A stretch of DNA of 64,000 bases, taken from contig CM000207.1 of the NCBI GenBank assembly GCA_000002445.1, forward strand, positions 2,944,001 to 3,008,000, given 5' to 3'. Positions 46,682 through 59,330 of this stretch are shown one piece after another. The translations under genes were made by a program, and so were the position numbers. Position 1 is the first letter of the stretch. Every line of letters starts with the position of its first letter. Under the pieces are notes generated by a model that did not search any database, was not told where the DNA came from, and was given only the letters and a program-made list of their open reading frames with translations. The DNA is from Trypanosoma brucei. Its lineage: Eukaryota.

Positions 46682-48580
46682 ATGATGAAGAAACCGCGGT
46701 TTTGCCTTGCAGTACTCGTTATAATTGTATCGCTAATGGAGCGCGCAGCACCTGCACAAGAAAATTCAAAAGAATTTAGAGATTTGCGTGAGCTTTTCAA
46801 GCTTTTAAGCAAACCGATGCCGACGGTGTCAGTCAACGATCAACCACCAGGCAAGCCAGAAAATAACGTACCGATTGGACAAGCTATGAACGGCATTATC
46901 GCCAGAATCAAGAAGCTTAACCTAACCGTTTTGGAACGTGACAAGGAAGAAGTATTGAAAGACAAAACCAAATACAGCGAATTTTCAAAAATTAAAGACG
47001 ATAAAAAAGGCGGTTATTTCGAAAGCGGCGACTTCAAAGAAGTTGAGGAGATGCGCAGCGTTTATGACGATCTAACGAAGGGGGATGACAACGCAAAAGG
47101 ATTTAACTCAAAATTCGGATTGCCGCTATTGGAATACAGGAGAGCGCAGCTGAGGCCGGTGTTTGCGCAATGCGTGGAACGAGCCCTGCAACTTAAGCAG
47201 GCGGCGGCAAACTTAATAAGCCAAGCAACGACGGCAGCAGAACATGGCCAAAAAGCGGCGATCAAAGCACTCTACGGTGAAAGTTATGCGGAGAAGTTCA
47301 CAACACCAGAACAGCTTAAGCCGACAATGCCCTGGACAGAGCAGCCAGAAGCCAGCAACTTTCCCTGGCCAGCGACCGGACAACATTCAACTACCTGTGC
47401 GGGCTCACCAGCGGAAGGCAGCCCAAGAAAAGGTGGCAGCTACCTGACGACGGATATTGTATGCCGATGCGAAGGCAGCAACAGCAACACGGCCAACTTT
47501 TGTTTCTCAACTGTGTTAACCGGCTTGTCGAAGGTAGGCACTCAAGCAGTTGTACCCGGGGGCTGGAAACAAAAAATACGCGGCGAGTGCCTCAAAAGCA
47601 ACACCGAAAAGGACCCGGCGCTCGCCTCAAAAACGGTCGAAACGCAGATCACCACAATCTTTGGAAACCTTGGCAAAGGCGCAATAATCTCCGCAACGGC
47701 CCTTACTCGCAAACAACATCCGGCAGCGTGTCAAACACGATTCTGGGGGCACACGGGCTAAACAGGGGGGAACCCGAATGCGGCTGTACTCAAAATAATG
47801 GGGATGTAATAGCAGCGGCAAGCAAAGGCGTTTGCGTCAACTACAAAAAGTTGCTTGGAAGCCAGAGCGGCATACCTTGGGTGGCGGCGGCACGGTCAGT
47901 AGTCGCGAAACTTGATGAAATACAGTATATAGCACAGAAAGCAACGGCGTTTGGTAAGCGCAGCAAACGATATGGAGCAACAAAAGATAACTACGATCGC
48001 AAAAAGACCGCCCGTAGACAATGACGCATATTTGTATGGTGAACTCGTGGGAGGTTCTTCCTTTGACAACTGCCTAACACTTGAAGCCATGATACGCAAC
48101 CCCTCAAAAACGGTAGACCACCTATCTGACGAAGACAAGCAAATAAAAACAACATATTTTGGCACCGATAACAATTTACTAACAGACCTAGCAGACAGCA
48201 TAGCCAAAACAAACGCCCGGGGCACGCAAACCAAAGCAGCGACTACAAAAAAGTTAAGCGAACTAGACAACCTAGGAGGGCTACACAAAGCGTTGGCATA
48301 CGAAAGCGCCGAACTAGCCGCAACTCTGATCGCTAAACGGAAGGAGATAGAGATCTTCAGGAAAAGCGAACAAACAAAACAAAAACCACAGGGGCAAATT
48401 TGCAACAATATAACTAACCCAAAAGATTGTGGCGATAATGAAAACTGCAAATACGAAAAATATAAGACAGAAGAGCCGAAATGTGTATTGAGTAAAAGGG
48501 GCAAACAAGCAGCTAAAGAAGATAAAGTAAAGAATAAGATGGCAAGACTACGAACACCACAGGAAGAAATTCTATTGTAA
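46682..48580 (+). pseudogene. VSG: VSG pseudogene, b-type, unusually long (about 1.9 kb) and split across three frames.
   Basis: ORF 46682-47761 has signal peptide MMKKPRFCLAVLVIIVSLM, then ALYGESYAEKF and TDIVCRCEG. ORF 47461-48024 continues with GEPECGCTQNNGDVIAAASKGVCVNYKKLLGSQSGIPWV. ORF 47951-48580 ends with a CTD-like KDCGDNENCKYEKYKTEEPKC. Confidence 0.65.
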
Positions 48581-48669
48581 TTGAAGCCCCTCTATTGCTC
48601 GCATTTTTTCTTCTATAATTAATTATCTAAATGATATTCGCTAAATGTCATAAAAATTATGAAACCTTC

Positions 48670-51600
48670 CGTGTGGGTGACACCGGCTGATCCATCGTGG
48701 TACCAGTGTCTAATACTCCATCCAGGAGGAAGCCAAGTGCCAGCATCAAAGCATGTCCAACAGGATTGTGGCGGGAAACAGGCCGAAGGCTACCAGAGAG
48801 GAAGTATGCTGCACCACCGGCACTCTACGGTGAAGAGATATGTTAGACTTCTTAGCAGAGACGTGGTGTGGCAACGAATTCCTAACCCATCATTCGTGGA
48901 GCCCAGTGTAATGCTAGTGTTCTCTCCCAGGCGAAGCTGATTGGCTTAGAGAAGAAGCTCCACGAGGATATGGTAGTCTTTTGTCTATTGCAGGAGACTC
49001 ACTTGGCAGCAGAAGAATGCTGCGCATTGAAAATAAGTATATATGAATACATGGGGATAGAAAGTTCCTCACATGGTGGTGGGTTATCGATTTTACTAGG
49101 AACGAGTGGGAGTCATCCAATGTCCGAAGGAAGAGGGTCTACCGGAAAGAGTCTCGGAAACATTGATGTTTTCAGCTGATCTAATGCTAACTATAAAATC
49201 AGCTTACTTCCCACAATTGCAAAATGTCACTACCTTCACTCTTGAGAGCCTTGAGAGATCAAATGGATCAATGGTAATAAGTTTCGACTCTAACGCACAT
49301 CATGAGTTATGGGACTCACTTCGCCAAAATGATACAGCGGGAGAATGCATTGTATACTGGTGTCCACAAAATGATATCTAAATTGCAAATGGTGTCAACC
49401 CAACGAGAAGAATGCTTCACACGGCAACCAGGTCGTCTCCAGACATTAGGATGTACAGAGACTGCGGAGTCACAAGATGGGAGGCAAGCATCAGTCCGGA
49501 TAGTGACAAATACTGGATAACCGTTCGAGGTGTGTATTGGCATAGGTGTAGAAATTATCGCCATTACAAAGCCACCAAAGGTTTTGCATGCTTGGAATAA
49601 AGGAAATTTGCCGGATTTTAGAAATGTCTGTATTTCAAATATGGGGAAAAAATTAAGGAAGTCAAGAAATAACGTGGATGTCACGAATGAAGCAGTGACT
49701 AAAGGCATTGGCACAGCAGCAAATAAAAAAGACAACACAGAAATGTAAGGGAGTATAGCCACCGTTTTGCACACGAGAACTGACCGAACTTGACGAAAAA
49801 ATAAGGGATTGTACAAATAAAAAGCACAGAGAGATGAACTTATATAGAAGAGAAGGAAGGTTCTTGCTGAAACATCCCTACAACAAAAGAAGAAAAATGT
49901 CTCGAAAATGTCAGTGACCGATACAGAAAGTTGGAATTTAGTTAAGTCCATTAACGCACCGAGACTAATAACATCTCCTGTTCTGGTAGATAATGAAGAA
50001 CCTCTCACACGTAGACAGCAAGCTAATAAGTCAGCACAGATGCATAAAGAGATGCCAAAGAAAGCACCAGATGCTCTTCCCACGAGCATATCTTATCGAG
50101 AGCGGGGATTACAAACAATAACGATGGCAGAACGTGATGCAGAACTAAAGGAACTGTCTTCACGCACTTCCTCCCGTAAGGACGATATAAAATGTGAGCA
50201 GTTAGTTGAAGAAATTAGGACACTGCAGCAAGGAATGTGTCTTCAAGCTCTTCAACTGTAACTTACATAGACACCGAGTGCCGGAGTGGAAGCATGGCGT
50301 CATCGTCTCGCTAATCAAACTCAACAAACCGACCAAGTGTATGTCATCGTTCCGGCTCATCACGCTCACTAGAACATTCTTTAGGCTCATGGAGAGGATC
50401 GTAGTGGGATGCATCCGAGACACAGTAGAATGTAAGCTACAACCACAGCAAGCTGGTTTCCGTCCGGAGAGGTATACATTAGACGCTCTGATGACACTCA
50501 CAGACTCCCTGACACATAGAGTAGTAGGAGAGAAAACTGCGGCGGTATTCATAGATTATGCCAGGGCATTTGACTCTGCGGATCACAGGTGGATAATAGA
50601 TGCACGAGAAAGATATGAAGTAGGCATCCACCTCATTGATTGTGTTGCTAATTTTCTGGATGGACGAACTGCAGTAGTACGAATAAAAAACACCCTCTCA
50701 AATAAAAATACAACTCACGTATGGTGTTTTACAAGGTTCCGTGTTGGGGTCATTGCTATTCATTATCGAAATGGACTCCCTCAGTCCGAAACTAAATGCC
50801 ATTGTAGCCATTAAACACTGCTTCTTCACAGACGACATCACGATAGTATGATCTAACACTTACCGGGAAGCTATTAGGCACAAACTGCAAACAGGATTAG
50901 ATTGAATAGCGAGCTGGTAAGAAGAGCACTATATGGAATTTTCCGCAGAAAAAACGGAATATAAGTTCTTCAAGGTTAGAGAGACAGAGACTCATTACAC
51001 CTAATACTGGAAGAGCACAGATAAAAGAAGAGGAATCCCAGACTCCTTTGGGTGACAATGCAGCCACACAAGGGTGTAAGCAAACATGCTCACACCCTAC
51101 AAACCGCAGCAAATAAGAGATTAATGAAACTACAGGCTGTTGCATGACCTGAATGAGGGAAGAGCACAGAAAGCGTCCGAGATTTTTACTTATCCTTAAT
51201 CCAGGTAAAATTATGCTATGGGATCGCGACATGGTGATTCAATGCTTCTCTACCAGACAAGGCGCAGCTTGAACAAGTACATGCGCAGCCGGCACATGTT
51301 ATCGCTGGTATTCCAAAGTACGCGAATCGGCATGATGCCATGAAGGAGGTCAACCTTCACAAAATAAATGATAGTGCTCACAGACGAGAAACATAATACT
51401 ATTGAACAAGGAAGGCGAACGGTAAGGCATCTGCTGATACGGTGGAAAAAAATATTTCCACTAAGTCATCCGATACACACGCACCTGCAGAGTGTGTTGC
51501 ACCTGTATGAAGAAGTAGACAGACCGGAGAAATCACACACGGCAAACGTATCGCGACTGGCAAGGAGAATTTACTTCAACACAACAACAGCTGGTCTTCA

Positions 51601-54300
51601 TTCCGAGGTTTCCAACAGCGAGAAGAAAAGACACACAATGCAAAGGGTACGTAGATTCAAAGAATACGATTACCGAGTGTGGGCGGATGGGTCGGTGATA
51701 CTGAACGAATCCTCTGGTTCCGGCACGAAAATATACCCTACACAAGGTAATGCGGTAAAAGTGAAGAAAGGAGCAGGCAGGTCAGCATGCAGCTATAGAG
51801 CCGAGTGCACAGCCATGGAGGCAGAACTTATGAAACTCAAAACAGTAACAAAGATCAACGAGAGTGGAAAAGGAAAAGTGGCAATATTCACAGACTTGTT
51901 ATATTCATTAATAGAGCTTAAAACAGGTCCTGCAGTGGTGACGGATTCCATACTACGACGCATATGGGATCTGATCATACACTTCATGAAACTGAGAGTA
52001 GCCATGCCGTTTCAGTTTGTGTTTTCGTATTGTAGTATCCAGAGAAATTACAAAGTGGAAGACCTCGCAAACAAAGGAAACCACATGCCACAAACCTATC
52101 CTGCATGGATCACCGACATTGTCACAGGTATAATGCGCCAATTACGTAATCAGGTACAACGCGCATTTGCTAAAGGCCAGGGTCCAAACACACACCGCAG
52201 TGCTTTACTAAACCATATAGAAACGACAACAAAAAACAAGGAACTATAAATGGAAAGTGAGTCACTGTTATCTCAATTTAGAACAGGGACTTCAAAGCAT
52301 TTAGAATGGTTACATAGTGTGATCACACAAGAGGTTAAAGAATTGGAGTGTACATGGTGTACAAAAAAAAAGGGGAACATTTTAAAAAATACCCCTAACC
52401 CCACTTAAAACACTGTAAAGAATGAATAAAATGAGAAAGGAAAGGTGGTAATAGCAACTAGACACAATGACAATGTCATATGCCCAGTTTGAAACATTTT
52501 GTATGCGAGACGATCAATGGGGAGTTTTCACACAATGAAAATACATCATGGGTTTGTGAAAATGAACTCACTGCCTTAATGATGGCGCCAAGACCAGCAC
52601 AGGCGTATAATGTGGTCTATTGGTGTCACGTATGTGGTAAGGTATTCGACCGAAAGGGTCCACTGCAACAACACATGCCACAAAATGCTCCGACAACTCC
52701 AGTAGTATGGACAGAGCTACAAAAGATGAAGCGAGAAGGAGAACAGTCGTTGCCAGCCGTCCACAAGTGTCAATGGCACCCGAAGCAGTGTTCCACGTAT
52801 GGATTGGTGGTTAGGCATATACATCTGAAATATCCTGAAAAACAAACTGAAGTGACACAACAAACGGAAATGTAGGATGTGAACGACGAAGATGAACAAG
52901 AGAAAGCACCACAAGCGTCCGAATGTCTCAGCTGCAAACAGGTGTATAAAAGGAAAACATGGCTCACTATAAATAAGTGCAATCATAAACAGAGGAAAGG
53001 GGAACCAAGCACAACACTACAGGAACCATTGCTGCAGAGAGAAGCGTGTAAGTTATACGGTAAAGAATATCACCACAGTTGGATGTTACGCCATATGAAT
53101 GCAAAACACACCGGGTATGACATTTCATTCAGATCCAAAGCCGATAAATATAAGAAAAGTAACGAAGGAGATAACAAGGTTGCAAGCAAAGAAAAATACT
53201 GGTGGAGAGAACAAAAATAAATATGACAATGAGCCACAACTTTGTGTTTTCGACAAATGAAAGAGGGGTTTCTGAAGCAAGACATGGCTAACACGCCACA
53301 AGTGCGTGAGCGTTGATGAAGCTGACTCAGAAAGTGAGGTTAACAATCCCCATGGATCAATTACACAACTATAAACCACTACCAAATATGGATTGATTCC
53401 CTGCACCATAAATAGAGTAATCACCAACTCAGACTCGTCACACACAAAACTTGAGCTCCACGACAAGAAAGAGAGAAAGAGGAACCGAGCACGATATTCC
53501 AGCAGATGAGAAGACAATGAGCGATCAGAGAGAGGAGCCGAAACACAAACGGCATAAGGCTCAATGGCACGCAGAGAACCCTCGTAGGAATTTTTCATGT
53601 GGAAGGTGTGAGAACTCCTACATGTCATGGCGCACACTAGTTTGGCGTACCAGGACACACCACAAAAATGCAATCACTCTCAAGAGGAAGTGTGAATAAA
53701 GACCCCTTCAAATCACGCCACTGGTCCATTTTGTACAGCAATGCCAACACTGCCCGAAGGTGTGTGGACACAAGCAATATCTAACAATGCACATCCAATC
53801 AGAAAATGGGCATACACGTAGCTCTGATAAGCGAAATGAGCTAAAAAGAAAATGCAAAGAAACATCGGCTCACCTGTCAAAGTGTCCCGTTTTGAGTAAA
53901 CTCAGGTCTAAGCATGGAGTATACAATCTGAAAGGGGAGACATATACTTTGTTGAGTTGACGACATTCTTAAGGGCACTCTTATTTCTGACGGAAAATTA
54001 GGCTCCTCCCTCAATAGACACGAAGGAGTTAATAACCCGACTGTGAGTAAAGAGAGAAGTGTTGCTGTCATGCTAATCATCTACTGACTACATACGACAC
54101 ACTATGATGACAGCCAGTGAAATTTTCCTCAGATGATGGAAGACAGTATCCAAAGGGGGCTTCCTCAACAAGAGACTGTTAGCCAGGACCACAAGAGAAA
54201 GCGAGTGATGGATCGTGAGGATAGAAAACATATCAGTGAAAGAAGTAGCGGCTTGAGAAGTCTCTTTTAATTGATTGAGGTCCTGGCAGGTAAAGCTAAA
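48670..54300 (+). mobile_element. Degenerate ingi-related non-LTR retroelement, probably a DIRE, heavily frameshifted.
   Basis: It has the ingi domain order with about 35-50% amino-acid identity to the ingi at 16415-21656. The pieces are endonuclease-like (49106-49381, SFDSNAHHELWDSL), reverse transcriptase (50206-50814, LQPQQAGFRPERYTLD...AVFIDYARAFDSADH), RNase H (51368-52249, VWADGSVILNE...SYRAECTAMEAEL) and C2H2 fingers (52480-53960). The 5' terminus GACACCGGCTGATCCATCGTGGTACCAGTGTC resembles the ingi/RIME terminus. The 3' end is uncertain and could be at about 54030 or about 54300. Confidence 0.7.
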
Positions 54301-54367
54301 AATAGACTAAAAACAGTCCTATTTATTTTCTTAAAATAATCAATGATTTGTATAATTTCATTAAAAA

Positions 54368-54383
54368 GTGTTAAAATATATCA
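54368..54383 (-). promoter_or_regulatory. VSG 3'UTR conserved 16-mer (reverse complement).
   Basis: GTGTTAAAATATATCA is the exact reverse complement of TGATATATTTTAACAC. Confidence 0.75.
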
Positions 54384-54654
54384 AATTATAAAAAGTTTTA
54401 AAAATTCTCCGAATAACAATTATTATAAAATTTTTATAAATTTCTTAACATTGAGCAAGCATTCTTAAAATTTTATAATGCAAAAATGATTCTAAATCCA
54501 CAAAAGCAGCAACCATCAGAGCCAATTTTTTATTTACGAGAAAACTTCTATTTCTGCACATTTCTTTTTCCTTGTAATCTTCATTATATTTACCTTTTCT
54601 CCATCCAGAATGCTTTTTACCATCCTTGTTTACTGCCTCACAAAATTTCTGATC

Positions 54655-56223
54655 CTAGTGACTAAAGCAGTCACTTTTTCCATCTTTCCCTTCTTGGTTT
54701 TCTGCCTCTTTTGCTGCTGTTTGTTTGCCTGTCTCACTCAATGTGCACTTTTTCTTGGGTCGTTTAGCTTCGCCATCCCATGTGCATTTTGGGTTTTTGT
54801 GCTGGTTGCAGTCTGGCTCTTTGTCTATGTTATTGCATTTTTCTTCGGCTTCCTCTTGTTGTTTTTTTGAGTCACCTGATGGTTTTTGAGCCGCTTGCGT
54901 TGGGCTCTGTGTTTGTTGTTTAAGCGCTTCCATAGCGTTTAGGTTTAGGAGCGTCGTTAGTGTTTCGTTCAAAGCGTGTACTTGAGCTTCCGCTATTATA
55001 GCGTTTTTCGTCTGTGCCTTTTGCTGCTCCACTTCTGCCATCGCGTCTGTTAGTCCCGTCAGCCAGGTGGGTAGCGTCACTTTGTTGGCCCCCGTTCTGA
55101 AACTCGCACATGCGCCCTTGTTGCTACCGTGTTCGCCGTCGCATGCGCCACTGCCAGTGCCTTGGATCGCGCCGAGTATTCCTATTTTGTTTTCATCGCG
55201 CTCTTTCGCGGCATAAAGTTCGGCTCTGAGCGCGGTTAGGATGCTTTGCAGCTGGGTGTAACCCAGCTTCTGGTAGTTAGGGTGGACAGCCTTGCATTCA
55301 GTTAGTATTTTGTGCCAGTCTTGTATTTCGTTTGCGGTGCCATCGAATGCCTGTGCCCCCGTGCTGGTTTCGTAGCAGCCAGTGTTTGTGGCTCCGCTGC
55401 TGCTGTCGGAGGCACATAAGCAAGCTATGGTCGCGACCACGGTCTTTGATGCAGCTGTTGCTGGTGCTGTGTTTGCCTGGCCGCAGCTTGTTTGGCGGTT
55501 CGTTTGCGCGGCGATTGTTGGCTTTTTAGGGATTGGCCCGTCTGCGCCGTATACAGCTTTGCGCAGTTTTGACGCAACATCGACGGCGGCCCCTGATGAT
55601 GCCAGGCCGGCATCTGGCAAGCCTAGTTTTTTTATTGCGTTGACTGTGTCGTTTATTTTCTGCTTGAATCCACGGTTGTCTGAGTTCGCATGGATTACCT
55701 TTTGTCGCTCGTCTTCCGGGAGACTAACGAGCCAGCTTGCTGCCTGTTTGCAAGGTGCCGCCTTTGCGGCTTTGCAACTGTCGGGAAGCTGATCGTCGCC
55801 GCTTGCGCCGCTTGGAGCTTTGCTTATTACAGCTTGCAGTTTGGCTATATCGTCTGGCTGTGCTAGAATCGCCGAAATGTGGTCTGCGGTTGTTATCGCT
55901 GCCATTTCTGCGTTAGATGGCTCTATCTTTTGGTTATCTAGTTCTGCAGCAAGTACGAGGCCGCACAGAAAACCAAAGGTTTGCCGGTTTTGTCCGGCGC
56001 TTGGGCCTGCGCTACTGACTGGTCTTGCTATCAGAAGCGCTGCTGTCGCTGCCATAGTTATTAATAACATCGGCTGAGCTCTGAGCAACCCGCTTTGCTG
56101 CGTCGCTATTACCGCGTTTGCGCTGCTGAAAATTTCACTAGACGTGCTCTTGGCTTGACTTACTTTGGCGCTGGTTTCTTGCTTCGGATGACCTTTGTTG
56201 CAAAGAAATGAAAGGCAAATCAA
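54655..56223 (-). CDS. VSG: VSG with an intact N-terminal domain, a probable start at M52 (about 56070) and a frameshifted GPI-signal end.
   Basis: A 522-aa ORF with signal peptide MLLITMAATAALLIARPVSSAG. The CTD has CNNIDKEPDCNQHKNPKCTWDGE. The ORF stops at ...DCFSH*, while ...RNRSFLVNKKLALMVAAFVDLES continues in another frame from 54540 to 54655. Confidence 0.75.
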   Translation of the reverse strand: MICLSFLCNKGHPKQETSAKVSQAKSTSSEIFSSANAVIATQQSGLLRAQPMLLITMAATAALLIARPVSSAGPSAGQNRQTFGFLCGLVLAAELDNQKIEPSNAEMAAITTADHISAILAQPDDIAKLQAVISKAPSGASGDDQLPDSCKAAKAAPCKQAASWLVSLPEDERQKVIHANSDNRGFKQKINDTVNAIKKLGLPDAGLASSGAAVDVASKLRKAVYGADGPIPKKPTIAAQTNRQTSCGQANTAPATAASKTVVATIACLCASDSSSGATNTGCYETSTGAQAFDGTANEIQDWHKILTECKAVHPNYQKLGYTQLQSILTALRAELYAAKERDENKIGILGAIQGTGSGACDGEHGSNKGACASFRTGANKVTLPTWLTGLTDAMAEVEQQKAQTKNAIIAEAQVHALNETLTTLLNLNAMEALKQQTQSPTQAAQKPSGDSKKQQEEAEEKCNNIDKEPDCNQHKNPKCTWDGEAKRPKKKCTLSETGKQTAAKEAENQEGKDGKSDCFSH

Positions 56224-57354
56224 TTAAAAATTTACAAACTTTTGTCCGGCCTTTAGAGCAATAAAACCCGTTACGCTCATTTCTGGATCGTTTAACATCC
56301 CCTACATAAAACAATTCAGTTTATTCCAATAATCTGCAACTTTAAATATAACTCATACCTTCTATAAATACATCACAAACTCTTAAGACCTATGAGCTTT
56401 GCGCTCTTTCAACGCACATCAACTACTCTTTGGCAGATGCATCTTCAGAAGCGGTACAACACTGATTCTTCTACCGGAAGCTAAACCTTGACTATTTCCC
56501 ATTGTTATCCTGGTTTATTGCCTGTCCCTTTCGTCTAATGTTCGCCAAATGCAGCTCTTTTTTCACTCTTTTGTTTTTAAGTTTCTTTATAATATTCACC
56601 AATTCCAGGACAGTGTGTATTCAAATATAAATGGATCGCTTTGTAACAGGTGCTAACACATGGAAAGTATACCAATATAGTACTTTTAATGATCTTTCGT
56701 CATAAATATTCTACAAAAGCTTCATATACGTGCTATTTTATGCAGTTTATACATTTTATTTCTTTCCACAATGATAGATTAGTAATCCTGATTTAGAACA
56801 CAGAATCTCCATAACATTACATTATTTCACACAAATATCGGTATTGTTACTCTATTGGTTGATAAAAACCTTTAAATTACTTTGCATTTTCCAAAATTAA
56901 ATTTCTTGTGGTAATCGTTCTGCTTTCTTTACTACTGGATATTAGGGTCTACCATCAAATTAAAAACTTATGTTGCAGTCATTTAAGCTTTGAATATTTT
57001 AATTTCTGATTGAAATATAGAGCATAATTTCCTCCTGTATTACTTCTTTTCTCCATCCAATGTGTTGTCCTGTACTCTTCCATTTATTTATATATTTGTC
57101 AAACGTTTTTCCAATTCCTTTATTAATGCGTAAAGCGTAAAGACACCACATGATCAGCACAGTGGTTAGTCTGTCTTAATAATTTTTCCCTCTAATATTA
57201 TCCTTGTGTTTGAAGACGGTCATCGTTTTCTGTGTTTGAAGCTGCGCATATGCCTTTTTCCTCCTCCTCTATCTTTCCCAATTACCTTTTATAATATTTC
57301 TTATGATTTCCCACTCCCTCTCATACCCTCTCACTTATAAAGCACTCTCCTATT

Positions 57355-57460
57355 ATCAGTCCTATTATTATTACTATTTCTGCTTTTATTATAATATTCG
57401 TATACAGATACTCTCACAACACTCTCCTATATAATTATTATAGTTATTTTTAGCCCTAAC
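57355..57460 (-). repeat. 70-bp repeat in reverse orientation, upstream of the VSG at 54655-56223.
   Basis: ATTCGTATACAGATACTCTCACAACACTCTCC followed by TATTATTATTACTATT runs and ...AGCCCTAACCAATATC. Confidence 0.65.
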
Positions 57461-57654
57461 CAATATCTATAAAATAAACAAGATTAGGATGGCACCTATT
57501 TTAATTACTTACCACTATATTTCTTTACACACATAAGTAACAATCTTGCAAATTTTACAAAATTTTTACATTCTCAAAGTTTTCGCTAATTTGCACATTC
57601 TCATCGAAAAGTGTTAAAATATTGCAAATTTTAGCAAATCTCTTCAAACAGAAT

Positions 57655-59330
57655 ATTAAAAAAATAAGAATACCACGAAACTCATCAAAGCAGCCTTACT
57701 CACAGCAAACTTCTTATTAACAAGGAAACTGGAAGAGCGGAACTTGTAACCGGATTTGTCAGTTCCGTCACTATTTTCTCCCTTACATCCGCAAACTTTA
57801 GTGGTTTGACCTTTGTTGGCGTTATCACATTTCTCTAGTGTGTCACGTTTACTGCAATCTACCCTGGCACTTGTCCCTCCTGTTCCTGCTTGATTTCATG
57901 CTTCATGTTTCGTTACTTCCTCCTTATCCCATGTGCACTTCTTTTTGCCACCTTCACCTTCAACCAATTTTCATGGGGGTTTGCAGTTATCTATCCCTTT
58001 CTTTTCGCAAGTTGTATCTGTTTCCAAATTTGTCAGGTTTGGCAGCGGATTGTTTGCTGAACATTGTTTTGCTTCTGGAACCTGAGAAATGTGTCGCTGA
58101 AGTAAAAATGTTGCGACTTCATGGAGCCTGTCAGTTGGTATCTGGTTTATCTTTTTTACTTCTAGTTGAAGTTCCGGTGGAAAGTCTAAGTCCTCCGCTA
58201 ATAGGTTGTCGACGAACTCGGTTTTGAATTTGGTCGCATCGATGGTGATTATTGCTGTTATTTGCTTTTTTAGGTTCTGTTGTTATGTTCCTGCTTCTGG
58301 TGCTTTGAATCTGCCGTTTATTGCGAAGTTTACCTGGGAAAGTTTCCCCTCGGCTGTTAGCATGGCATATAGGTTCTTGAAGGGGCCAATTGTTTCTGTC
58401 AATGCTGTTTCTTCGTAGTTGTGGGCTGCTTTGATTGCTGCTAGCACTGCAGGCATCGTTGGTGAGTCTGCCGTATCGTGGTTTAAACTTCCTGGGTTGT
58501 AAAACGTCGCACCTCCGGAGCTCGTTGAAAGCAGCCCGGCCATTATGCTCAGTTGGTTTGCCATTTCTCGGTCGTCGAACAACTTTGTGTCTGATGCTAG
58601 GTGTGCTAGAAAATTGCATTTGTTGAAGTCGCAGCCACCGTTTCCTGTCGCGCTGCCGGCTGCTAGTGCCCCTTGTAGACCTATGCTATCGAATCTGTTT
58701 GTCGGGTCTAGGTCGCTTGAGGTCGGTATGTCTGTGCTGCTGCGGCCTGCTAGCTCACGGCTAAGTTGAGCGTCCGCCTTTGCACTCGCTGTTTGAGTTA
58801 AGCACGCTCCATTGGTTGTCGCTGTGCTTGCCCTCAGCTGTTCTAGCAAATTCATTGCCTCTATAATCTGCCCGCCGAGTATGCCGGTCGTCGCCGCCTT
58901 TACCATACCTGCACTTGCCTGCCGCTGCATCGTCGTGTAAAACGAATGAATGATGGTTTGAGTGGCTTGTGCAGCTATCATCGAGGTTTCCTTTGATTTT
59001 TTCGATTGCCCGAGCAAGCCATATATAGGCATTTGCTCTCTGAGCTTTTCTGTTTAAATTCGTTTCGCATCTCCTGCTTCTAGGTCGGACTTGACTTCCG
59101 CCGCAGTTTTCCTCATCCCTAAAGTTTTTTGCAAAGTTGTGCCAGCTTTGTTGCGTCTACTGCGTCTTTGTTCGCTGCTTCAATCTGAAAAGCTATCAAA
59201 TCTAAAGCTAACAGAAGTCTTTGTGCCTGTATTGCCGTGCTCGTCGTACTTTGTTTGTATAGCTGTGATAAAGTTTAGAGAAGAAGTTAAACGACTTTCT
59301 GTTTTTAGTGTCTGAGCTGTATCCCTCCAA
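57655..59330 (-). pseudogene. VSG: VSG pseudogene, a-type, with frameshifts between the N-terminal pieces and the CTD.
   Basis: ORF 58283-59032 is a VSG-like N-terminal domain with no in-frame signal. The CTD at about 57655-57800 reads GQTTKVCGCKGENSDGTDKSGYKFRSSSFLVNKKFAVSKAALMSFVVF on the minus strand. A 16-mer variant GTGTTAAAATATTGCA lies at 57611-57626. Confidence 0.6.

Noticed and set aside
49316-50089. A 257-aa minus-strand ORF inside the DIRE.
   Set aside because: It is antisense to the reverse-transcriptase and endonuclease region of the degenerate retroelement and has no recognisable motifs.
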